33,322 nucleotides of DNA from Welwitschia mirabilis (taxonomy: Eukaryota), in the NCBI GenBank assembly GCA_051453625.1, contig JBOZIK010000001.1, positions 45,280,422 to 45,313,743 of the forward strand. Direction: 5' to 3'. Within the stretch, counting starts at the first letter, position 1. Every line of letters starts with the position of its first letter. Positions 1-9,068 of this stretch are shown here, piece after piece. The notes beneath the pieces are model-generated. The model was given only the letters and a program-made list of their open reading frames with translations. It was not told the DNA's origin and did no database searches. The position numbers and the translations under genes were made by a program.

Positions 1-362
1 GAGGATACATCCATTCTTTGGAAGCCCTCTTTTCCTTCTAAACCTCGACCCTCTTTTGGTTTATTGTGTTACCTTCCCCCTGTCCATGAGGAGCTTCTCT
101 ACTAGGCATAGCCCCTTTGCTTCCACACTATTTCCAGGTACTCTGTACCTTGAGGGAAATTATTTCGAGTACCTAATTTCCAGTAGCCCTCTAAATCAAG
201 TCCAATACCTCACCCTAGAAAGCAGATGTTGTTGTCTCTTCCAAGCCTAAGGAAGAGAATTTGCATCAACAGTAACTTTATAACATTATTAAGGGACATA
301 CAATTTTATCCAACTTTATAACAAAGAAGAATATAATCAAAAGGAAGGAAGATTTAGCTTCA

Positions 363-712
363 TATTCTCCCTTTTAGAGAGAAATTTGACCAACCTTCAA
401 GGAACCAAGAGATGCACGATGCAAACACACATTTCTCATGTAACAGTTATCCCAAGCTTTTCCTTGCGGCAAATGTGCTTTTCAACTATTAATACCTTCT
501 TCACAAAGTCAGCAACATTCTTCTACTTTTCAACTCTTACTCCCTTCTTCATAGAGTCAGCAACACATTTTCTTTGTGTTGATCTTTTGGATACTTATAA
601 ACTCATCTTAAATGACCTCTCTGATGAGTGAAAATCAACATCAATGTGATCTGTCTTTGCATGCTAAGTTGATTCTTAAGATCACAAATCGCACTTTGGT
701 TCTCACAAAACA
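363..712 (-). mobile_element. Ty1/copia retrotransposon remnant: decayed RNase H C-terminus plus polypurine tract
   Basis: Minus-strand translation of ~709-535, with frameshifts, gives FCENQSAICDLKNQ / HAKTDHIDVDFH / IREVI*DEFISIQKINTK / VADSMKKG. This matches the copia RNase H consensus CDNQSAI...HARTKHID..YHFIRE...I.T..N.AD.LTK. A PPT-like AAAAGGGAGAAT follows on the minus strand at ~375-364, just before a TG. Confidence 0.75.
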
Positions 713-748
713 CATGATATTTCTCTCATTTCTAACACTTGAATAATA

Positions 749-1475
749 GTGATTGAATAGGGATACCAACTAAAAAATTAGTTTAACGAAAACAAATTAT
801 TTCTACAAGTTTGAATCCTTTAAAATTCAAAACATATATTGTAAATAAAATAAAAGAAATAAGAGAAATGGAAACAGCCAAAAAACACAACAGATTGATA
901 ATGGTCTAGTCCAAGCCTAGTCTACCCTCAGGAAATCAAATCTTAGTTCCCTACTTTCCTAAACTTCACAAAACTAAAACAGAGCAGTGATTTCCTAAGT
1001 ACAATCACAATTATCCTTTGCAGTGAGCAGCAGTAGTACAATGAGCATTTTCTGACTATGGCTCAACCAAAACCCTTGAGAGAAGACAAAAGAATGTGCC
1101 TAGAATACACAATTGCAAATAGTGTATTGAGAAAAAAATTAGCAAAGAGGAAAGAGATCCTAAAGAACAGCAAAAATATTATAGTAGCAAGCCTTTTGAA
1201 ATGATATTTCAAACTGCTGTACAAAGAACAAATTCGTAACTGTTTGAGATAAATGTTCCAAAAAAATGGTTCGTTGAGTCCATGAAGTGCATCTGGGCAA
1301 CACTTGAAAGGCCTTAAAAAACAAACAGCCAGAAGTACTTCAACTATAATACAACTTGTTTAAGCCCTAGGGTGTTGAATAGGGTGTAAAATTAAAGTAA
1401 TGAACATACAAAGAACATACAAAGAAGTTCTATAATGGTTTGGCTTGCTCCTTGCTCCTACTCCACCCTTAGGGA
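749..1475 (-). mobile_element. Two degenerate copia (SIRE/Maximus-like) LTR-end fragments
   Basis: The motif pair TTGAATAGGG ... ATAATGGT..G...CCTA.TC.ACCCT occurs twice (749-932 and 1367-1475). It resembles the reverse complement of copia LTR 3' ends (CTATTCACCCCC motif). Motif recall only. Confidence 0.35.
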
Positions 1476-2318
1476 ACACATGCTTTTCTAGCTAGTTCTC
1501 TTCAAGAACCACCAACAACTTCAGTCAATGGTGTTACATAGGACAGCCATGAAACCCTCTAAAACAAGGAAAACATTCTTTAAATCTGTTAAGGATAAGA
1601 TTCAAACTTTTGAGATGAAAGGAATGTGGACTAGAAATGCCTTATAACACTTGTTCCGCCTTCCTCACTCTAATGATAGGCAAAATCTATAAGCTGCTTC
1701 CCTAAGCTCCTTGACTTCGAAGGGCCTCCCATGGCATAGATGGAACTTAGCATATCAACCCAAACTTGGGTTAGCTCTTTTAGGGTTAAGTCTCAATAAG
1801 TTGTTTGTATGCAACATGACCTCCATCAAATGAAGCATCCCTCTCTAGCTTCCTTTCTTACCTATGCACTGAGTACCCTTCTCATGTTTCTTGCTTTCCC
1901 CTTCCACTACACTTTCATGTCTTTCCACCCTTCGTCCATTGATGCCTTGCCCTATTGCCTTCCCCCTTATGTCCTCCCTTGTCCTTAAATCTTCTCTACT
2001 AACTTCCACAATGTAGTCATGGAACTATCAAGTACTCCCTTGCTTTCTATGGCTTTCCTCATATCTTCATCCTTTCTCAGACCCTTTGGCACTTTCTTTC
2101 TCCCATTTGTGAGTAGTTTCTCGTTGCCTTTGTCTCACCCTTTCTTGCCTTGTCCATATCCTAGGAGTGGAATCCATCTTCCCCAACCTCACTTCCATGC
2201 CCTAAGCATAGAAAACATTCTTTTGATAACTTCCCTCATCCTTCTACTACATTTTGATCATTGCAACTCCTCCCCTAGTCAATTTGCCCTCAAGGTGTAG
2301 TAACTCTACTTTCTTCAC

Positions 2319-2392
2319 CCTCTTGTACTATGTTATCACTCGTAGCCCCTACTCTCCTTATTTCAACCTCTTGTACTATGTTATCACTCGTA
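2319..2392. repeat. Direct duplication of 26 bp, period 48 bp
   Basis: cctcttgtactatgttatcactcgta at 2319-2344 and 2367-2392. Confidence 0.9.
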
Positions 2393-2749
2393 AACCCTTT
2401 CCTTACATAGTCCCTCATCTTCCTTTTGTCCCTGGAAGGCCTTTCGTTTTTATCCATCTCTCCCTCCTCCTATTTTCCTAACTTCCCTTTGTTCCTCACC
2501 ATTCCCATGCCCAAGGCATGGAGTTCCCCTTTTATTAGATGACTTCCATGGCCTAGATTTGGAAATGGAAGACCTTTCCCTTTAGATTTCAGAACAAGTT
2601 TTCTTGGCTTAATTTGCTAGGTTTTGCCTTCTGGCATCAATTTTTCCTTGTTTGCACCTTCAATTGATGATAAAATCACCCTTATCCCTTCTCCATGGTT
2701 CCTCTTCTCTTCACTTCCATGCGAGGGATGCCTTCCTTTCTATCAAAAT

Positions 2750-4860
2750 CTAGCAAATTTGTCCTAATTTTTGCAAGGTTTTTAACACTTTATACTGTAC
2801 TTAGAGGTATTTTTATTACATTTTTAGGTAGTTGATGATGTGATTATCAAATAAGTTTATGACTATTTTGACACTTTTTGGAGCATTTCTCGATGATTGT
2901 GTTTGAAGTTGACAATGATGAGATTGAGTAAAGATGCAGTGAGATACTCATAGAGAGATGGAGACCTCTTGGATAATCATTTGACTCATCCGCTGCTTAC
3001 ATGAGACCTTGTTGATAAGCTTGATTATGTGATGAAGTGCCCTTCAGCAATCCAATATCGATTTTGACGGTGACTTCCTGGTCATCATAACTGCTGACAA
3101 TGACTCCTATGTAATTGAGATAATTTATAATGAGCTCCTACAAAGTTTACATGATTTCTACATTGTACTTGAGCTTGAAGTGATAATCCAAAACTTTTAA
3201 CACATGTTTTCAACAATTTCAGACCTTCCAATAGTGTCAAATTTGTTAATTTTTCATGTTTCGAAGTGTCAAGCATTGAAATTCGACCTAGAAAGTTATT
3301 GTATGACCTAGTAAGGTGTAAATTATAAAATTTCAAATTTTGGATGGCGCTATAGTGCCACTAGTGGCATTATAAGACCAACCACCCGACTTACTTAGTT
3401 TTCTAACTTGCAAGAGTGGTTCAAAACGAGGTTTTTCAATGTCCAATCAGTTTTAACTGAGACTTAACTCCTCCTAGCACATTATAATAAATCCTAGATT
3501 CTTTGTCCACAAACAGAAATCATCTGCAAGCCATTTAATCTCTTTTGAAGCTCAGACTCTGTTGATTTCTTCAGTTTTGGAATGAGTTTGGACCATTTTC
3601 TGTTGTTGCAAATAAATTCTACCATTCTTTCTCCACTTTCTCACTTTTTTACATCATTCTCTAGCATTGAAGTCCACTTTCTTACCCTTTGACCTAGAAG
3701 GAGGCTTCAAAAGGTTCGAGATGGACCCATTTTGCCAGTTTTGAGGCATGTTGTGGCTAAGCATCGGCTTGTAAGCATTTAAATTATTCATGATCGATAA
3801 AGAGGTATTTTTCCCTCAACTAAATGAGCTTATCACTTGCTTATCTTGCATTTTATTTTAATGTTTTCATATCTGTATTTGGCATTTGCAGCAGTTTTTT
3901 TTCTTGCTTTTTTTTTCCTGTCAAGTTTTTAGCATTAAGAGAGAGTAAATGTTAATGTTTGAAGGTTTTGCACGAACTTATATTTTATATGAGATTATTT
4001 GAAATAGAAGTAGAATAATTTTAATATAAATCTCTAAAAAAGTTAGATTGTCTATTCGTTTCTCTTGTTTTTCTGTTGTTTTACATTGAAGATTATCATC
4101 TTTCATCTTGAAATGCCACTCGATTAGTTACAAATCTTCTCTACTTTATTCTTCTAATCCATTTTATTGTAATTTGACTATCTCCATGCTTTTTCTCTTT
4201 GTTTTTATTTCTAAAAATAATTTGTCAGCCACTTTTTTGCTTTTTTCATGAAAATTATTAGTTTTAACCATGTATTTTTAACCATGTATTTCACCTATAA
4301 CTTCAATTTTAAACAAAACAAAACAAAACGGAAAAAAAAAACCTCAAAGACCATTGCAGTATATAGCTTTACTACAAGCTTAATTTCCTACAACTTTGTC
4401 TAAATAAGTCTTTTTCTGTTTCTTCTTAGAAAATTCACAAATTGGCATTGCTTCTTGATTTATAGTTTTCCTACAATTTTCTGCTTGCAATTTTTCATAT
4501 AGTTTGATTTTTTGTGTTTTATTCTTGAATCAAATTAGAGTGTTTTTCTACAAGTGAATACTTGATGTTCTAGTGAATTTTGTGAACTTTTAGAATGTCT
4601 AATTAAATTTTATTAAATGTCAACCAGTTTCTTAGTATTTGAACTTGAAACAAGTCTCTGGATATTGTTTTTGCATGTTTCAGTTAACATGCTTTTTCTT
4701 CATTTAGTTGAGCATTGCATTTCTGACTTGGAAAAACTTCCATTATGGGATGGTAGATTAGAATATTAGATTTGGAAAAGCTTTTGAATGCCAAATTATT
4801 TCTTCCTATTTTCTCTCTCATACTTTCTTCTTCCAATTGTACATAAAATGCATGTTCATA
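2750..4860. mobile_element. Probable decayed Ty3/gypsy (Athila/Tat-type) LTR sequence; boundaries uncertain
   Basis: Non-coding, T-rich stretch. It contains chained GGCGCTATAG(C/T)GCC-type palindromes at 3345-3374 and a TATA-like TTATAATAAA at ~3482. No termini or TSD could be fixed. Confidence 0.3.
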
Positions 4861-4957
4861 CAGCTAGTACGTTACACAAAATGTTGTACATAGGCTTGTG
4901 GTTGTTAGAACTACAATATACATCAATGAATGTTACTAGATGATTATTAAGATTAAG

Positions 4958-5763
4958 NNNNNNNNNNNNNNNNNNNNNNNNNNNNNNNNNNNNNNNNNNN
5001 NNNNNNNNNNNNNNNNNNNNNNNNNNNNNNNNNNNNNNNNNNNNNNNNNNNNNNNNNNNNNNNNNNNNNNNNNNNNNNNNNNNNNNNNNNNNNNNNNNNN
5101 NNNNNNNNNNNNNNNNNNNNNNNNNNNNNNNNNNNNNNNNNNNNNNNNNNNNNNNNNNNNNNNNNNNNNNNNNNNNNNNNNNNNNNNNNNNNNNNNNNNN
5201 NNNNNNNNNNNNNNNNNNNNNNNNNNNNNNNNNNNNNNNNNNNNNNNNNNNNNNNNNNNNNNNNNNNNNNNNNNNNNNNNNNNNNNNNNNNNNNNNNNNN
5301 NNNNNNNNNNNNNNNNNNNNNNNNNNNNNNNNNNNNNNNNNNNNNNNNNNNNNNNNNNNNNNNNNNNNNNNNNNNNNNNNNNNNNNNNNNNNNNNNNNNN
5401 NNNNNNNNNNNNNNNNNNNNNNNNNNNNNNNNNNNNNNNNNNNNNNNNNNNNNNNNNNNNNNNNNNNNNNNNNNNNNNNNNNNNNNNNNNNNNNNNNNNN
5501 NNNNNNNNNNNNNNNNNNNNNNNNNNNNNNNNNNNNNNNNNNNNNNNNNNNNNNNNNNNNNNNNNNNNNNNNNNNNNNNNNNNNNNNNNNNNNNNNNNNN
5601 NNNNNNNNNNNNNNNNNNNNNNNNNNNNNNNNNNNNNNNNNNNNNNNNNNNNNNNNNNNNNNNNNNNNNNNNNNNNNNNNNNNNNNNNNNNNNNNNNNNN
5701 NNNNNNNNNNNNNNNNNNNNNNNNNNNNNNNNNNNNNNNNNNNNNNNNNNNNNNNNNNNNNNN
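4958..5763. other. Assembly gap (806 N)
   Basis: N-run; the 24-mer tactagatgattattaagattaag is present on both sides. Confidence 1.
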
Positions 5764-6930
5764 GTACTAGATGATTATTAAGATTAAGTAGAAATGAAAG
5801 ACAAAAGAGAAAATGTAATGGTTGAAGCATTATAGCCTATGTTTCTTAGAGTATTGGCTGATTAGGGAGCTCTCTTGCATGACTTCCCCTCAAGCAAAAT
5901 GGCTTTAGAACCCTTGATGGGGCATATTTGATCATATCCAACGTAACAAAAAGTGTTAACCCATTGTCTTTGACTTGGTCTTATTACACTTCATGCACAT
6001 TTTCTTTAAATCCAAGGCTCTTTCTTCACAAACTCTAAACCAATAAATAGAACATGGGGCTTTATAACATTCTGATAGAGACCACACAAGAAAAGCCATA
6101 TGGAAAAACAAATACTTCTAATTTACTTATTTCATACCACTGATTTACTTCTCCTTGAATTTTCCTGTCGAAATATCTTATTCTCTTTCAAGTGTTCACA
6201 AATCTTTGTTCTCATACCATGGTTATAAAAGCAAACAACAAAAGTTTTAAGGAAAAAATAATTATTCCTAATCTATTTACTTCTTATTCAATTTTAATTC
6301 TTGAATTTGTTCTGCCACTTAGTCTCTTCTAGTTTTTCAGAAAACTTAACTCTCATACCACTTTCTTGTAGAGAACCCAACAAAAGCAAAACATCCAGGA
6401 AACAAATATTTGAATGAGAGATCTTTCTTTATTTTGAGCCAACATCAACAGAGTGGATAGCTAAGTGCCTTTCCAAGACAGTAATAAATGTTTCCTAGTA
6501 CAAATTCTCCCTCACAAAAAGGAAAGATGGTGCATGAGAGATCAAGAGTTAAGTAAATCTTGTATCAAAAATAGGGTCAAGGTTTGTCTTCAGATCCTCT
6601 TTTGCTAGCTAAGAGAAACTGGAATGTTCATCTTTTGAGGAGAGAGATTCCTGTTACTAAAAGCAGTTTCTCCCTAAAACTATCCTGGCTTTGAATTCAG
6701 ATTCTCCTTCTTGGGCACACGTTTATTTAGTTTAAGCTAAAGTTAGCATAAAAAATGTCAACATCACCTGATTCAAAATGCATGGAATAAAGGTATAAAG
6801 ATTTTTTTAACGTTTCTTAGTTTAACTGATAAGAATGCTCGTCCTATAGAAATGGACACGTAGACTTTCTGCTATCACATCTTGTATTCATTAGAAATTG
6901 ACAAATGGGGAAAAAATGATTATGCATTAC

Positions 6931-6960
6931 CTCTAAGCTGTATGTCTTCCCGGCTCCGGT
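6931..6960 (-). CDS. KIN1: Kinesin-1 exon 4, 30-nt P-loop micro-exon (TGAGKTYSLE)
   Basis: TGCAG acceptor and GAG|GTAATG donor; completes the Walker A motif GQTGAGKT. Confidence 0.9.
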
Positions 6961-7055
6961 CTGCACAGAATTGTAGCAAAAGTTAGGAGTTAGTACACAT
7001 GTCTAATTGATCATATTCAACGTAGAATAAAATATATGAAGTAGACGAAGTACAC

Positions 7056-7099
7056 CTGGCCGTAGGTCAGGATGGTCCCGTTTATTGCATTAATTGCAT
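7056..7099 (-). CDS. KIN1: Kinesin-1 exon 3 (DAINAINGTILTYGQ)
   Basis: TAG acceptor and CAG|GTGTAC donor. The phase-1 join with exon 2 restores GAT (Asp). Contains the NGTI..YGQ motif. Confidence 0.9.
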
Positions 7100-7554
7100 C
7101 TACACGCAAAGCAGTTATTCTCAAAACTCAAATGCTAGTTTTTGCTGACAAAAATCTTCACTATCAATTTGAACAATCGAATATCTTAGCTTTCTTTCAC
7201 ATTAAAGTTTTAATGTCTGAAAGAAGTAAATTTCGCTTAGACTAGAAACAAAACACCGAGTATATGCAATTATCCTTTATGCCTTGCGGAGTCTTAAACG
7301 GGGAGTTTACACTTATGAAGCGTACCGCTTGGTTCTAAGCCTTGCGGGATCTTTAGCTACAAACCTACACTTATGAAGGCTACCGCTTAGTTCGTGTTAA
7401 ATTCCCACGTAAGATTTGCGAAACCTACGGGTTATTTCTTAAGCTCTGAGTTATACATTTACGAAGCCTACGGCTTCTGTCTTTAACAAAGGAATAGAAG
7501 GTGATAAAAAATTGCACGCATCCGTGATAAAGCTATGCTTGAAACGTGAGATAC

Positions 7555-7657
7555 CTTTAACAATAGGCAAGGCCAGACATTCGAAGATCTCCTCCTGACT
7601 CGAGTCCTCGTAATAGCATTTGTCAAAAGAGAAGTAAAATTCTCCTTCTTTGTCGTC
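7555..7657 (-). CDS. KIN1: Kinesin-1 exon 2 (DDKEGEFYFSFDKCYYEDSSQEEIFECLALPIVK)
   Basis: AAG acceptor ending at 7658 and G|GTATC donor at 7554. Contains the F.FD..Y...SQ.EIF motor motif. Confidence 0.85.
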
Positions 7658-7726
7658 CTTCACGAATTATTTCGTTGCAAAATATATTACGGGATCGTCA
7701 TGCAGACACTGTACAAGAACGTCAGG

Positions 7727-7826
7727 NNNNNNNNNNNNNNNNNNNNNNNNNNNNNNNNNNNNNNNNNNNNNNNNNNNNNNNNNNNNNNNNNNNNNNNNNN
7801 NNNNNNNNNNNNNNNNNNNNNNNNNN
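7727..7826. other. Assembly gap (100 N) inside kinesin intron 1
   Basis: N-run; 35 bp duplicated across it (7692-7726 vs 7827-7861, 2 mismatches). Confidence 1.
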
Positions 7827-7872
7827 GGATCGTCATGCAGAAACTTTACAAGAACGTCAGGTAAAACAAACC

Positions 7873-7986
7873 CTTGAAAAGGAGCGAGTGATCGTCAACG
7901 CGGCTGACGCAGGTATAGAACGAGGAAAGTTGCCTTTCCCTCTCATTCGGCGGCCTGATTCTGACGTAGACGCGAGCATTACTCGT
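7873..7986 (-). CDS. KIN1: Kinesin-1 exon 1 (TSNARVYVRIRPPNERE...LLFK, 38 codons)
   Basis: VxVRIRP...E motor beta-1 motif. It starts at ACG, with an in-frame TAG at 7998-7996. The nearest GT donor (7871-7870) is 1 nt out of phase. Confidence 0.7.
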
Positions 7987-8058
7987 AATTTCTTCCTAGT
8001 AAGCGGGACTACAACCGAGCAACAACTCTCCAGAATATGTGAAAAAAAAGCACCTTTT

Positions 8059-8158
8059 NNNNNNNNNNNNNNNNNNNNNNNNNNNNNNNNNNNNNNNNNN
8101 NNNNNNNNNNNNNNNNNNNNNNNNNNNNNNNNNNNNNNNNNNNNNNNNNNNNNNNNNN
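8059..8158. other. Assembly gap (100 N)
   Basis: N-run; 8023-8058 is repeated at 8235-8270 with 1 mismatch. Confidence 1.
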
Positions 8159-9007
8159 GAGCGTAACTACCCACCCGTCTACGTATTCACCCCTCCTCAA
8201 GTTCAATCCAAGGTGTTGTGCCAGGTGGAATGTGCAACTCTCCAGAATATGTGAAAAAAAAACACCTTTTACATAAACGCTAGTGAGAACCCCGAGGAAG
8301 ATTCGGTTGAGGATATTATAATCTGAAAGCACAGGAGGGAGATGAATGGAGGAAGCCTCACCCAACGGAATTCTTTTATTTCTCCTTGAAGATTGAGAAA
8401 ATTGTATCACATATATGTGTCGTCCATTGTGAAAAGCTTAATTGATTTTTCAACCGAAAAACACCTGATCGATACTTTGTAATAAAATTCATAGAATCCC
8501 TTTGGAATATTAAGGCATGTTATAGGAGCATTCTTCCTTGTAGGATGACTACTAGCTAGTGTATCATTTTGTAGATAATTATTTGTTATAACTTTTTGCT
8601 TAGGCAACCAGTTCCAATCGTAGCTTAGGAGTTGGTCTTTCTACTATCTTTGTATTGCAAATGGGAAGCTAACAACTTTTCCATAGGCTATACCTTGTTA
8701 CTCTCACAAGGTTTATTACATTATCATTCAAAAATTTCATGGTATAGTTCAATTTCATCTAAATTTTGGAGGCATTGGTTCTAACCTAAACTATAATAAA
8801 TGAATTAAAACATCATTTTCTCAAAGAAAGCATCTACATTAATCATAAAGATCAGGTGATAAATTACGAATTTGAAAATTGTAGGTAGAGACGTCGAACT
8901 TAAAAACTTTTACTGATCATATCATCCCTTAAAGTACAACCACTATAATCATCCAAAGGAATAATTTTAATTACACACAAGACCTCATGGTATATTAAAT
9001 AAGGCAT

Positions 9008-9068
9008 TTAAAGTTCAAACCCCTGTCCTTCTAAATGCAAGACGAGCATTTCACTAATTGGATTATCA
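9008..9068 (-). pseudogene. tRNA-derived relic (tRNA-Ala(UGC)-like or SINE head)
   Basis: The minus strand reads GATAATCCAATTAGTGAAATGCTCGTCTTGCATTTAGAAGGACAGGGGTTTGAAC. This contains a degenerate A-box, a TTGCAT anticodon loop and a B-box (GGTTtGAAC). The stems are broken. Confidence 0.4.

Larger units (their letters stand above)
6817..7986 (-). pseudogene. KIN1: Kinesin-1 family (plant KIN1/PSS1-type) gene, 5' part of motor domain only, probably pseudogenised
   Basis: Joined exons read TSNARVYVRIRPPNERERQLSSFYTCVSRVDDHSLLFK|DDKEGEFYFSFDKCYYEDSSQEEIFECLALPIVK|DAINAINGTILTYGQ|TGAGKTYSLE. This is colinear with recalled plant kinesin-1 N-termini (MSNVTVCxRFRP...FVFK/QD...FSFDRVFYED..Q..VY.FLA.PI..DA..GINGTIITYGQTGAGKTYSMEGPSIL) and includes the P-loop GQTGAGKT. 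Lesions: ACG at the Met position, exon-1 donor one base out of phase, frameshifted exon-5 relic, no later motor exons found in the window. Confidence 0.7.

Noticed and set aside
2319-2392. Repeat-spacer-repeat resembling a CRISPR unit
   Set aside because: Only two copies, eukaryotic context and no cas genes; it is a simple local duplication.
4856-5830. Long ORFs of 324 and 276 aa
   Set aside because: They consist almost entirely of N-gap codons; the same applies to the other X-containing ORFs at 7650-8410 and 20667-20861.
7451-7554. C-terminal half of ORF 7451-7663
   Set aside because: Read-through into intron 2 past the GT donor at 7554; kinesin similarity stops there.
7675-8166. Plus-strand 163-aa ORF
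   Set aside because: It is antisense to kinesin exon 1 and bridged by two gaps.
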